Part shown: one piece after another, positions 36,165-45,853 of the stretch
Position numbering within the stretch: the first letter of the stretch is position 1
Layout: every line of letters starts with the position of its first letter
IMG/VR virus record: IMGVR_UViG_3300020429_000529
Location: 198,762-262,761 of that record
DNA: 64,000 nucleotides
Direction: 5' to 3' (one strand)
Origin: a virus
The notes under the pieces: generated by a model
Databases searched by the model: none
What the model was told of the DNA's origin: nothing
The model's input: only the letters and a program-made list of their open reading frames with translations
Translations under genes and position numbers: made by a program

Positions 36165-36232
36165 GTCAGCGAATGACAGAACGAACCGATATGTCTTAGA
36201 CAGCAGTCGTAAAACTTGAAGGAACAAACACG

Positions 36233-36685
36233 ATGCCGATACGAAAGTCAGAAGATGGAACCAGTCACCTGCGAAGCATGCGTCAGTTCAGCGGTACGCG
36301 AGGAGAGCGTATTGAAGAGAATACTCTGGTGAATCCAGAGACTCTTGAGCCGTTGACCGAGCAAGATCGCCAGGAGCTTGGTATTGAAGAACCGCTTGTT
36401 CTCTACATTGGAGTTGTCGCCGTTGTCAATGCGGTAATGCAGCCGATGGGTCCGATTGGGATTCCTTGCGATGCAAGATTCCCCATTCGAGATGCGACCA
36501 CTCCCGCCGAGGCTCTTGCAAACTTCGACACAGCAGTCGAGGCTTTTGAGCAGCGAATGAGAGAGCAGCAGGAAGCAGTCGAGCAGAAGATCCGAGAGCA
36601 GCAATCTCAGAGCGAGTTGATCGTCCCGAATGCGGCTGAGTCGCAAGCGATCAATGAAGGACTAAAGCTTGTGACTGACGACTAA
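36233..36685 (+). CDS. hypothetical protein
   Basis: 150-aa ORF. Confidence 0.35.
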   Translation: MPIRKSEDGTSHLRSMRQFSGTRGERIEENTLVNPETLEPLTEQDRQELGIEEPLVLYIGVVAVVNAVMQPMGPIGIPCDARFPIRDATTPAEALANFDTAVEAFEQRMREQQEAVEQKIREQQSQSELIVPNAAESQAINEGLKLVTDD

Positions 36686-36736
36686 GCTCTCGATTGACGA
36701 TACACAAGTGCTGTCGCTGTTTTTGAGGTCAGCGCT

Positions 36737-37369
36737 ATGAAGATCGCAATCGTGAGCGATACGCTCGGTACTCTTCCCAACATCAAAGAAAGCTTCGATG
36801 TTTTCATCCATTGTGGAAACTTCTGCCCAAGGCCATCTTCGGATGGTCTTGCTATTGCTACGCAGCAACATTGGCTTGAAACCAGGTTTTCGCCATGGTT
36901 GAAAAACATCGATGCCGAAGTCAAGATCGTTATACCAGGTCAATCCGATATTGCGGTCAACTTTTTGGAGGCTCAGTTTGAGTATCACATCGGGGCCATG
37001 TTTCTCAAGGATTCTCAGGCTATGGTCGGAGGACTTGTGGTTCATGGAATGCCCTGGATACCCAACTACTACCGACAGAAGTTACCAGCAAAATCAGCCT
37101 ACATCGCTCGTAACAAAATGATGTATGAGGCAGCGATCGATAACATACCTGACGAGACAAACATTCTTCTCACCCGGATCCCGCCGCAAGGAATCTTGGA
37201 TTCAGGTTCGGGCGATAAGCTGCTTCGAGACAAGGTTGAGAGCATGAAGAATCTCAAGATGCATTGTTTCGGTTTCCTGCAGTCTGAGGAAGCTCCCTTT
37301 GAGAACGAAGGCGTTTGCTATGCGAACGGCTATCTCGGCAAACCAGGCTACATTGAAGTAAATGCGTGA
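36737..37369 (+). CDS. calcineurin-like metallophosphoesterase
   Basis: MKIAIVSDTLG (compare IxxxSDxHG), VFIHCGNF (GDxxD/GNH-like) and VVHGMPW. Confidence 0.45.
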   Translation: MKIAIVSDTLGTLPNIKESFDVFIHCGNFCPRPSSDGLAIATQQHWLETRFSPWLKNIDAEVKIVIPGQSDIAVNFLEAQFEYHIGAMFLKDSQAMVGGLVVHGMPWIPNYYRQKLPAKSAYIARNKMMYEAAIDNIPDETNILLTRIPPQGILDSGSGDKLLRDKVESMKNLKMHCFGFLQSEEAPFENEGVCYANGYLGKPGYIEVNA

Positions 37370-37835
37370 ACCTCTCAGACTTTATGGCAAAGCGTTCGAT
37401 AAGAGACTTGTGAGGAAGATCAAAATGAACAACAAGTACGAGCAGGTCGTTCGGCTGGTTTGCGGGGACGACTGGTGCGGACCCGATAAGTCTGCTGACG
37501 ATCGAGATGGAGCGTTGGGGGTAGCGATTATCCTTGCCTATCTGCAAGGCATTCCCGCTCGTTTGCCTGATTTGGCAAGCGCTCTCGATCTCCCTCCTTA
37601 TCTATTGGAGATGTCATACAAGCGTCTTCAAGCCAATGGATTGTTCTCTCCTCGATCATACATCGTAGGCGATCCAGTTCTGATGGGTCATGCTGGTAGC
37701 GATGAGAGCCGCTTGACGGCTTGGTGCTACATCGCTGGCATGGCAAGCGGCTATACAGGAATGGGCTTTACGAGAGATGAGTACGCCGCATTGTACGGCA
37801 ACAAAGAAGAGCAGAAGCATGAATCCAGAGCGTAA
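37362..37835 (+). CDS. hypothetical protein
   Basis: 157-aa ORF. The start may be the internal Met (MNNKYEQ). Confidence 0.3.
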   Translation: MREPLRLYGKAFDKRLVRKIKMNNKYEQVVRLVCGDDWCGPDKSADDRDGALGVAIILAYLQGIPARLPDLASALDLPPYLLEMSYKRLQANGLFSPRSYIVGDPVLMGHAGSDESRLTAWCYIAGMASGYTGMGFTRDEYAALYGNKEEQKHESRA

Positions 37836-38469
37836 GATCGCTATCGCAGTCATCAAGAGGTACAGAGAGAATCTTGACGATACGTTGAGACCGACTGTTG
37901 TACCCGAGATGTTCGTACAGAAACAGACCGACAATGCTATTTTCTTCGCCATGGGCGGAGACGAGCGTCCAGATGTCGAAGATGCAGCGACCAAGCGACT
38001 CGAAAACAACCTGAAAGAAGCTTTCAAGGAGATCAACACTGATCTTATGAAGCATGTTCAGGAAGAGTATGATGCTCGGTTGACAGAGACTATCGATGCT
38101 GCGATGGCTCGCATCGAAGACTATCTCGTCAAAGAGTTCACAAACGAAGAGCTTGATCGTCTTAGCGAGATTGTTGAAGATGGTCTTGTTTTGAAGCTCT
38201 TCGATAAGAGCGGTATGTTCGAGATTCTTGACGAAGAGAAGCATGGTTTGTGGATGCAGGTCAACTCTGCCTTCACGACGTTCTCATCCAATCGTGATCG
38301 TCAGGACGAAATCCGAGCAGCGGTTCAGTTGGCTGTCGATAGGTATCGAGAAGAGAAGCATGGAGACGAAGAGCTTGATGTCTCATTCGAGTTTGATGTC
38401 TTCGATTCCAATGATCTCGTCGATCCCGATATTCTCGATGACGATGATGACGATGACAATCCGTTTTGA
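37777..38469 (+). CDS. hypothetical acidic helical protein with an SSB-tail-like C-terminus (DDDDDDDNPF)
   Basis: The C-terminus ILDDDDDDDNPF resembles the bacterial SSB tip DDDIPF. The start is possibly at 37819 (MNPERK). Confidence 0.4.
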   Translation: MSTPHCTATKKSRSMNPERKIAIAVIKRYRENLDDTLRPTVVPEMFVQKQTDNAIFFAMGGDERPDVEDAATKRLENNLKEAFKEINTDLMKHVQEEYDARLTETIDAAMARIEDYLVKEFTNEELDRLSEIVEDGLVLKLFDKSGMFEILDEEKHGLWMQVNSAFTTFSSNRDRQDEIRAAVQLAVDRYREEKHGDEELDVSFEFDVFDSNDLVDPDILDDDDDDDNPF

Positions 38470-38511
38470 TCCCGAAACGATCGCAGTAACACAAGAAGAA
38501 GGAGTTTGAAT

Positions 38512-38754
38512 ATGGCATCAACAGAGAGCATTCAGAAGCGTGTCGTCAATACCAAGCGACACACCGTTGGTTATCTTCTGCGGGGCGGCAAGCGTGTCAC
38601 CCGCACTCAGGCGTACAACATGGCCCGTCGAAACCAGATCCGAAACGTTCGCGCAGTCAACGGTCCTAACGGTCGGTACATTCAGAGCATCAATGGTGCG
38701 CGTAATCTGTATGACCTGCCGATCACGATCGAAAGCGGAAGCAGGCGTAGCTGA
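38512..38754 (+). CDS. small basic protein (about 80 aa)
   Basis: AGGAG ribosome-binding site before the ATG at 38512. Arg/Lys-rich. Followed by a strong terminator hairpin. The ORF track starts at 38506. Confidence 0.4.
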   Translation: MASTESIQKRVVNTKRHTVGYLLRGGKRVTRTQAYNMARRNQIRNVRAVNGPNGRYIQSINGARNLYDLPITIESGSRRS

Positions 38755-38779
38755 CCTTTTTGGTCGTTTCGGGATATTC

Positions 38780-38813
38780 AAGCCGTGGCCTGAGAAGGCT
38801 GCGGCTTTTTTCT
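38780..38813 (+). terminator. rho-independent terminator
   Basis: AGCCGTGGCC-TGAGAA-GGCTGCGGCT stem-loop (10 bp including two G-U pairs) followed by TTTTTTCTT. Confidence 0.55.
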
Positions 38814-38829
38814 TGCCGATAGGAATCCC

Positions 38830-40836
38830 ATGGCTAAATACCTCGTCATAGTCGAGGCTCCGAGAAAGACCTCGAAGTATCAGAAGTACCTCGGGAAGGA
38901 TTACAAGGTCGTTGCTACCGCAGGCCATGTTATCGATCTGCCCTCGAAGGGCATCAATATCAAGATCCGCAAAGACAAGAAGTCAGGCGATTACGATTTT
39001 GACCCGCAATATGATGTCATGGATGGCAAAGACTCCATCGTCGATGGCATTATCAAGGATGCTACGAAGTACGGGACCGTCTATGTGATGACTGACCCTG
39101 ACCGAGAGGGCGAGGCTATCGGGTGGCATGTCGCCAACCAACTGCCCGCAGGCACCAAGGTCATCCGAGCATCAACGAACAGCATTACTCAGCAGGGCAT
39201 CGCCGATGCTCTCAAGAATGCTCGACAGATCAGCGATGATCTCGTTTACGCCTACGAAGCGCGACGCATGCTCGATCGTATCGTCGGTTACAAGTGTAGC
39301 TATTTGACCAAGACAGCTACCGGCGGCCCGTCTGTTGGTCGAGTCCAGAGCGCTGCGCTCCGAGTCCTGGCCGAACGAGAAGAAGAGATCCAGAGCTTCA
39401 AGCCTCAAGAGTATTGGGATATCGAAGCGGAGTTGCTCACAAGCAACAAGCACAAGGTTCCGGCGAAACTCGTCAAACCGGACAAGATGGACATCGATAA
39501 CAAGACAAAGGCTGACAAGATCGTACAGGATCTTCAAGGTCAGACGGTTACTATCTCCGTCTATGATGTCAAACAGGTCTCGTCGAAGCCATACGCTCCG
39601 TTTACGACTTCGACGCTGCAGCAGGCCGCATCGACCTATCTGCATTGGAATCCCAAGAAAACGATGCAGGTCGCTCAGGCTCTTTACTCAAACGGCGACA
39701 TCACTTATCACCGTACTGATTCAACATCGATCTCTCCCATTCGAGTTGCGGCGATTCGGACTCACATTCAAACAGCCTTTGCTCCCAAGTATCTTCCCAA
39801 GAATCCGATTGTCTACAAGACGGCAGTCAAGAATGCGCAGGAAGCTCACGAAGCTATCTTGCCAAACGATCCTGCTATTCGCTCTGCAGGTAGCTCTGCG
39901 GATGAGAAGAAGCTGTACGATCTTATCTGGCGTCGATCGGTTGCATCGCAGATGTCGAATGCAGAGTCAGAGAACATCAATGTGAAGTTCGCCTACAAGA
40001 GCTATGAGCTTGAGACAAGGGGCATTCGTTCGCTGTTTGATGGATGGAAGAAGGTTTGGACATATGCCATGGGGCAAGATGTCATTCTCCCGCAAATGGC
40101 AAAGGGTGACAAGCTCGACATCATCGATATCGATGCGCAGCAGAAGTTCACGCAGCCGCCTCCTCGATACTCTGGCGCATCTCTTGTCAAGACGCTTGAG
40201 AAGTCGGGTATTGGTCGTCCTTCGACCTTTGCTTCGATCATCGATACCTTGACAGCCCGGGAATATGTCGAAGAAAAGAAGCGAGTCTTCCATGTGACTG
40301 ATCTCGGTCTCAAGGTTGTCAAGTTCCTCAAGGATGCCAACTTTTGTTTCATCGATCTTCAGTTCACGGCGAATATGGAGAATGACCTTGACCTGATCTC
40401 AAATCAGAAGGCGACCAAAGAGAACGTCCTGAACGTCTTCTACAAGCGATTGCTTCAAGATATCGATAACGCCAAGAAGATCAAGGCATCTGCTCAGATG
40501 ACTGGCATTCCATGTCCTAAATGCGGGACCGAGTTGATGATGAAGCATGGTCGCTTCGGTTCATTCTTCGCTTGTCAGGATAAGGACAACTGCGGTTTCA
40601 CGGCCAATGTTGGCGAAGACGGCAAGCCGAAGGAGAAGGCCAAGAAAGAGTACGGACCTGATCCCTGCCCGAACTGCAAGGCCAAGATGGTCAAGCGAAA
40701 GAGCAAGTTTGGCGAGTTCTTTGGTTGCGAGAAGTATCCCGAGTGCAAGGGTATGCGGGATATGAATGGCGACGAGATCAAGCCGAAGCCAAAGACGGGT
40801 AAGAAGAAAAGGTACACGAGAAAGAAGAAGCCGTGA
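38830..40836 (+). CDS. topA: DNA topoisomerase I (type IA) with C-terminal zinc-ribbon repeats
   Basis: Toprim DPDREGEAIGWHV motif, the TopoIA core, and two C-terminal C4 ribbons (CPKCG...C...C and CPNC...C..C). Confidence 0.85.
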   Translation: MAKYLVIVEAPRKTSKYQKYLGKDYKVVATAGHVIDLPSKGINIKIRKDKKSGDYDFDPQYDVMDGKDSIVDGIIKDATKYGTVYVMTDPDREGEAIGWHVANQLPAGTKVIRASTNSITQQGIADALKNARQISDDLVYAYEARRMLDRIVGYKCSYLTKTATGGPSVGRVQSAALRVLAEREEEIQSFKPQEYWDIEAELLTSNKHKVPAKLVKPDKMDIDNKTKADKIVQDLQGQTVTISVYDVKQVSSKPYAPFTTSTLQQAASTYLHWNPKKTMQVAQALYSNGDITYHRTDSTSISPIRVAAIRTHIQTAFAPKYLPKNPIVYKTAVKNAQEAHEAILPNDPAIRSAGSSADEKKLYDLIWRRSVASQMSNAESENINVKFAYKSYELETRGIRSLFDGWKKVWTYAMGQDVILPQMAKGDKLDIIDIDAQQKFTQPPPRYSGASLVKTLEKSGIGRPSTFASIIDTLTAREYVEEKKRVFHVTDLGLKVVKFLKDANFCFIDLQFTANMENDLDLISNQKATKENVLNVFYKRLLQDIDNAKKIKASAQMTGIPCPKCGTELMMKHGRFGSFFACQDKDNCGFTANVGEDGKPKEKAKKEYGPDPCPNCKAKMVKRKSKFGEFFGCEKYPECKGMRDMNGDEIKPKPKTGKKKRYTRKKKP

Positions 40837-41111
40837 CTCAGGATCGCAGACAGTCTCTTCGCAGGATCAAGAGCAATCAGAGGAGGGTATGGACAGTGAA
40901 CTCGGATGAAGAAAGACGAGCAGTTCATGGGTTCCTTCGGTTGTGTTCATCGATCTTTACGCTCAACGAGATGGATGAACTGAATCAGGAAGATATGCAG
41001 AGAGTGGTAAACGAAATCATTGATGGCAAAACGACGATGGATGATCTAAAGGCGCTCAGCGCGAGCGAACTTTACGATCACATCATAGGACAGGGGCGGC
41101 TTTTCCAATGA
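40833..41111 (+). CDS. hypothetical protein
   Basis: 92-aa ORF. Confidence 0.3.
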   Translation: MTQDRRQSLRRIKSNQRRVWTVNSDEERRAVHGFLRLCSSIFTLNEMDELNQEDMQRVVNEIIDGKTTMDDLKALSASELYDHIIGQGRLFQ

Positions 41112-41305
41112 GAGGCGAGATTCAAGGCCTGAAAGCAGGCACCTACTACTCGGAAGACGAAAGCGCTCTTGTTCGGGTAAGTATGCATGACGACGGTGTA
41201 ATCATAGAGGTAGCGGACTTTGATGCCGATATCTTCTACGAGTTCGTTGTCAACGAAAAGGGCGAAACGAAGTTCAACTACGGTCAAGTCACACCGACCG
41301 GCTGA
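41108..41305 (+). CDS. hypothetical protein
   Basis: 65-aa ORF. Confidence 0.25.
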   Translation: MRGEIQGLKAGTYYSEDESALVRVSMHDDGVIIEVADFDADIFYEFVVNEKGETKFNYGQVTPTG

Positions 41306-41316
41306 AGGAGTAACAG

Positions 41317-41751
41317 ATGCAGAAGGAATGCGAATACGACGAGATCGTTGAGTTTATCGATATCGCTGATAAGCTCGTAGCGAAGTACCCCGATGAGTTT
41401 GGCGATATCGACCTGGCGACCGTCGCTTGCGTTGGCATCACAAACAAAACGAGATCCGACAAGAAGAAGCAGTTCTGGGATATCAAGCCTGTGAAGCAGC
41501 CGCTTGCTCGTTACTGCAACAAGCGGTACGTTGTTGTCTTCTACATGCATGACTGGGATGAGTGGGATGACATTCGTCGAGCGGCCATTACCGCAGACGT
41601 TCTTTGCTCCATTCCTCCCGGCGGTAATGGCGAAGTCACAGCCATGGACTACAAGGACCACGGCATCATGCTTCGTACTCTTGGCGTTGATTACATGGAG
41701 AATGAGCAGTTGCCAAATATCCTCGATGAGGATGTGGAATGGAGGAAGTAA
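41317..41751 (+). CDS. hypothetical protein
   Basis: 144-aa ORF. Acidic, with a WDEWDD segment. Confidence 0.35.
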   Translation: MQKECEYDEIVEFIDIADKLVAKYPDEFGDIDLATVACVGITNKTRSDKKKQFWDIKPVKQPLARYCNKRYVVVFYMHDWDEWDDIRRAAITADVLCSIPPGGNGEVTAMDYKDHGIMLRTLGVDYMENEQLPNILDEDVEWRK

Positions 41752-42167
41752 TGAGTATTCAGGTTATCTCGCGAGACTATAACGGAACGACTTCGATCGT
41801 TGCCACTGTTGAAGACCTTGATGATGCGATCGATCGGATCAAGTCAGAGGTCAGCGACATGAACTTCAACAACGCCCTCACAACGGACAACAAGTTCCGT
41901 TCAATCGAGGCGTATTTCCCGCAGTTCGTTGACGAGGACGGCGAGGTTGTTGAAGGCCTTGTTTACGCTGGTAATGCTACCGATGGTACGCATCGAGTGT
42001 ACGATGAGGGAAGCCTTCGTAACATGACTGATGAAGAGTTGAGGTTCTACATCGGTCGCAACGAGGGCGAAGAGTTCTTCTTGCAGACTTGGCAGAACCG
42101 TCCAGTCAACAACTTTGGTCACGACCTTCTTGAGGACAAGACCTACTTCTTCGTCAAGGTGGTCTAA
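41739..42167 (+). CDS. hypothetical protein
   Basis: 142-aa ORF. Confidence 0.35.
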   Translation: MEEVMSIQVISRDYNGTTSIVATVEDLDDAIDRIKSEVSDMNFNNALTTDNKFRSIEAYFPQFVDEDGEVVEGLVYAGNATDGTHRVYDEGSLRNMTDEELRFYIGRNEGEEFFLQTWQNRPVNNFGHDLLEDKTYFFVKVV

Positions 42168-42973
42168 TGACGTTCATTCTCGCAGTATCAGGTAAGAAAC
42201 AAAGCGGCAAATCAACGCTCGTCGATTTCCTTGTCGAGTGGTTTGAGAACGAGGGGCTGATCGTCAAAGCGTATTCGTTCGCTGATTCGCTCAAGGAGTT
42301 TCTTGTCAACGCCATGGGGCTTCGCCCCGAGCAAGTGTACGGTACTGATGCAGAGAAGAACTCGTTGACCGACTACCGTTGGGAAACTCTGCCTCTCAAA
42401 GTTAGATGGCAGAACTCAGGAAAGCCCGCTGAGACTTTTTTGCGGGCTCATGAAGGCAACTATGCCATGCATCCTGGCGGGAAAGAAATGGCTTGGGCTG
42501 CGTTCGTTAAGTCGCATTGGCAGACTATCTCAAAGGATCTTCGTACAGGGCCAATGAGCGGTCGAGAGATGATGCAGGTGTTCGGAACGGACATCATGCG
42601 AGAGATGTTTGACGATCGCATCTGGGTCAATGCAACATTCCGTTCGATCTGTAAGGATGATCCCGACATTGCTTTGATCCCTGATCTCCGGTTCCCTTCG
42701 GAGATTCGAGGTCTTGAGGAAAATGATGGTTACATCATTCGACTCACAAGGGATGTGAGCGGAGGAGATCCTCACCCGAGCGAGACGGCGCTTGATGATT
42801 TCGATTGGGACAAGATCAGTCACCAGGACGGAATGGCGAGAGTTGTTCCTGCTGAAGCAAGTATTGAAGATGTGAGAGCGGCTGCGTTAAACTTCATAAC
42901 GTGGCTTGGCTATAGCAAGCCAGAGGCTTTCGAGAAATCGGGAGCGATGGCTGAAGAAGAAGGACAGCGATGA
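42167..42973 (+). CDS. deoxynucleoside monophosphate kinase (T4 gp1-like P-loop kinase)
   Basis: MTFILAVSGKKQSGKSTLVDF closely parallels the T4 dNMP kinase N-terminus MKLIFLSGVKRSGKDTTADF. Confidence 0.5.
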   Translation: MTFILAVSGKKQSGKSTLVDFLVEWFENEGLIVKAYSFADSLKEFLVNAMGLRPEQVYGTDAEKNSLTDYRWETLPLKVRWQNSGKPAETFLRAHEGNYAMHPGGKEMAWAAFVKSHWQTISKDLRTGPMSGREMMQVFGTDIMREMFDDRIWVNATFRSICKDDPDIALIPDLRFPSEIRGLEENDGYIIRLTRDVSGGDPHPSETALDDFDWDKISHQDGMARVVPAEASIEDVRAAALNFITWLGYSKPEAFEKSGAMAEEEGQR

Positions 42974-44094
42974 GCAACGATATTCTCGTAGACAAGTACC
43001 GTCCCAAGAAGCTCTCTGAGATTGTTGGGCAAGACCATGTTGTCCGCATCCTTGAGAACTCGATCAAGGAAGGCAAGTTCCATCACGCTTACATCTTTGC
43101 GGGTAACTTCGGTTGCGGCAAGACGAGCGCTGCGAGAGTCTTCGCTGCGTCTTTGAACGACCCGAAGGGCGTTACTCTTGAGCCGAATCTTGAATCAGGA
43201 TTGGTCAAGTCAATCTTCGAGGGCAAGAGCGCAGATGTCCTTGAGATCGATGCTGCTTCTGCTGGTAGCATCGACGGAGTGCGAACGCTCAAAGACAAGA
43301 TCCAGTACGCTCCTATCGAGTGCCGTTACAGATTCGTCATCCTCGACGAGGCGCATCGCTTGAGCGGAGCGGCTGCTGAAGCTGCTCTCAAGATGATCGA
43401 GGAGCCGCCGCCCGAGACCATCTTCATTCTTGCGACAACTGATCCTCAGAAGCTCAAGGACACGATTCATAGCCGCTGTCTGACGCTTCGTTTCAGCCAG
43501 GTCTCATGGGATCGAACGTTCCAGCATCTCAAGATGATTGCGGATGCTGAGGGCTTCGATTACGAAGACAATGCTTTGAGGGTTGCGGCTCGTCGCTCGA
43601 AGGGCAGTGTGAGAAACTCGCTGCAAAACCTGCAAATGGTCAAGACGTTTGCAGGAAAAGATAAGATGACAGCAGAGGGCGCTCTGCAAGCTTTGCAAGC
43701 CGTTGACGAAAGTTATTACTTCGATTTGGTCGATGCAATCTTGAAGCCCGACGCTGGCGATGCCATGCGAGTCATAGCCGATCTACTATCAGACGGTCGT
43801 GATATTGGGGAAGTTTTGAGTGGCCTTGTTGGTCATTTGAGAAACCTTCTGGTTATCAAGACATGTCCCAAAACGGATGGGCTGCTATTTCTCACCGAAG
43901 ACGAGAAGAAGAAGTATCTGCATCAAACCTCGCTTATGCCAGAGGGCAAGGCGATGGTACTGGTCGCTCACATGATCGATCTGTTGCAGAATACGAATCG
44001 AGGCATTGTCCTCAATCTCAACCCGCAAACGCTCCTGGAGAAGTTTGTGGTCGAGTCGATCTCGTTCAATGCGGCTTTGAAGAAGAGGGAATAG
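42970..44094 (+). CDS. dnaX: clamp loader ATPase (DNA polymerase III gamma/tau-like AAA+)
   Basis: Walker A GNFGCGKTSAARV, Walker B ILDEAHRL, the SRC motif (IHSRCLTLRF) and sensor 2. Confidence 0.8.
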   Translation: MSNDILVDKYRPKKLSEIVGQDHVVRILENSIKEGKFHHAYIFAGNFGCGKTSAARVFAASLNDPKGVTLEPNLESGLVKSIFEGKSADVLEIDAASAGSIDGVRTLKDKIQYAPIECRYRFVILDEAHRLSGAAAEAALKMIEEPPPETIFILATTDPQKLKDTIHSRCLTLRFSQVSWDRTFQHLKMIADAEGFDYEDNALRVAARRSKGSVRNSLQNLQMVKTFAGKDKMTAEGALQALQAVDESYYFDLVDAILKPDAGDAMRVIADLLSDGRDIGEVLSGLVGHLRNLLVIKTCPKTDGLLFLTEDEKKKYLHQTSLMPEGKAMVLVAHMIDLLQNTNRGIVLNLNPQTLLEKFVVESISFNAALKKRE

Positions 44095-44114
44095 ACAGGA
44101 ATATCTAATCGCCT

Positions 44115-44894
44115 ATGACTGAACCCCGTAAAAAGACCGGGGCACAGAAAACCGCTAAGAAGACCACAACGAAGAAGATTACGACCAAGAAGGTCGAAGT
44201 AGATGCACAAGAAGAGCAAGAAAATCAGCGGTTCGTCGAGCTTATCGAGACTGTACGAGGGTCGTCTGTTGAGACAGACATCAACAAAGCCTTCGAAGAC
44301 ATCCTCGACAAGCTCAAGCCGCGCATACAGCGCATGGTCAATCGATTCTCCATCAAGGGACTCGATTCCAGCGATGTCATGCAAGAGGCGCTCTTTGCCC
44401 TTCGGTACAAGGCCATTAAAGACTATGACGAAACCCGAGGAACAACGACTGGCGTTGCTCCCTTTGACAGATTCGCCCTTCTCTGTATTCGCAGGCACCT
44501 CTCGACCGAGTTCAAGTCGAGCTTGCAGAACAACCGCAAGAAGGTTCTCAACCAGAGCATCTCGCTCGATCAGGAGAACAAGGGCAACGACGATGAGTTG
44601 GCGCTCATCAATATCTTGCCAGCAGACGAAGGTTCCGTCTTGGAAATCATCCAGGAACAGGAATACTACCAAGATCTCATGTCCGCTCTTGTCAAGACGC
44701 TCTCTCAGTTCGAAAAGGAAGTCCTGGTGCTTTATGCCCAGCGGTTTACTTACGAAGAGATCGCAGAGAAGATCAACGAGAAGAGAGTCAAAATCAGAGT
44801 GAATGTCAAGGGAGTAGACAACGCTTTATCAAGAGTGAAAAACAAAGCTAAAGCGATTTTTGCCCAGTACGAACAAGACAATCCCGAAGACTGA
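44115..44894 (+). CDS. sigma-70-family RNA polymerase sigma factor
   Basis: Region 2-like DVMQEALFALRYKAIKDYD and a region 4-like HTH (LSQFEKEVLVLYAQRFTYEEIAEKINEKRVKIRVNVKGVDNALSRV). Confidence 0.6.
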   Translation: MTEPRKKTGAQKTAKKTTTKKITTKKVEVDAQEEQENQRFVELIETVRGSSVETDINKAFEDILDKLKPRIQRMVNRFSIKGLDSSDVMQEALFALRYKAIKDYDETRGTTTGVAPFDRFALLCIRRHLSTEFKSSLQNNRKKVLNQSISLDQENKGNDDELALINILPADEGSVLEIIQEQEYYQDLMSALVKTLSQFEKEVLVLYAQRFTYEEIAEKINEKRVKIRVNVKGVDNALSRVKNKAKAIFAQYEQDNPED

Positions 44895-44949
44895 CTTAGT
44901 TTTTACCCTTCCTTGAAGGATTATTGGAAGAAGGACTGTAAGGCCATGT

Positions 44950-45741
44950 ATGAAACGACTATTTCAAACATTGGATTCAGAAGATAGCTCATACTGGTTT
45001 GGCTTTACAGCAGCAGATGGCTGTCTTGTAACAGGCGGCAACCGAGTTTCATATACTCAATCAGCTAAGGATGAAGCTCATTTATCTCTGCTTGCTTCTC
45101 ATTTCAATCGTCCGCTGTATAGAGGCTCAACGAAGCTGGGAGAGAATACGCATCATTCAGTTAGCTTGCAAATCAACGGACGAGAAACATGGGACGATTT
45201 GTACGAAAAAGGTATGCGTCCGAGAAAATCATTGACCGCAATGAGAGGCGTGATAAGCTCTGTACCTACTGATATGACCCATCATTTTGTTCGAGGGTAC
45301 TTTGATGGGGACGGTTCAATAACAAGCAATAGACTCACAACAGTTGCGAGTTTTGTTGGATCACATGACTTTCTTGAGGAACTGAAACAGGCGATTTTGA
45401 ATCATGTTCCTCTCAATGATAACAAGGTCATTCCTGATGGCACGATTCATAAGGTAGGCTGGTCTGGTAAACAGCAATTGAATCTTTTCCGAGATTGGCT
45501 GTATAGAGATGCAACGGTATTCTTAGCCAGGAAGAAGAATAGATTTGATGCCTTGCGAAGTCGAAAGTATCGAGGAGTTTCTTGGATCAAGAAGCGAAAC
45601 AAGTGGCAATCGATGATAACCATTGATAAGAAGCCGATGTTTCTTGGATACTTTGATTCCGAAGAAGATGCAGCAAAGGCATATGACGAGCAGATTATCA
45701 ATCACGGGCTTGCTCTTCACAGATTGAACTTTCAGCGGTGA
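44950..45741 (+). mobile_element. free-standing LAGLIDADG-family homing endonuclease with a C-terminal AP2 DNA-binding domain
   Basis: Two dodecapeptide motifs (YWFGFTAADGC and VRGYFDGDGSI). The C-terminal YRGVSWIKKRNKWQSMITIDKKPMFLGYFDSEEDAAKAYD matches the AP2 domain. It has its own ATG and is flanked by a duplicated target. Confidence 0.7.
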
Positions 45742-45769
45742 AAGTTGACCGAGAAGAGGTAGAAAGAGC

Positions 45770-45832
45770 CGAGTTAAGAACAAGGCGAAAGCCATTTTTG
45801 CTCAGTACGAGCAAGACAATCCCGAAGATTGA
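45770..45832 (+). pseudogene. orphan duplicate of the last 20 codons plus stop of the sigma factor gene, recoded synonymously
   Basis: 45770..45832 encodes RVKNKAKAIFAQYEQDNPED*, identical in protein to 44832..44894. It has 9 nucleotide differences over 63 nt, all at synonymous positions. There is an in-frame TGA 8 codons upstream, so it is not part of an intact ORF. Confidence 0.6.
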
Positions 45833-45853
45833 TGAAGCATTGGAGGACAACCG

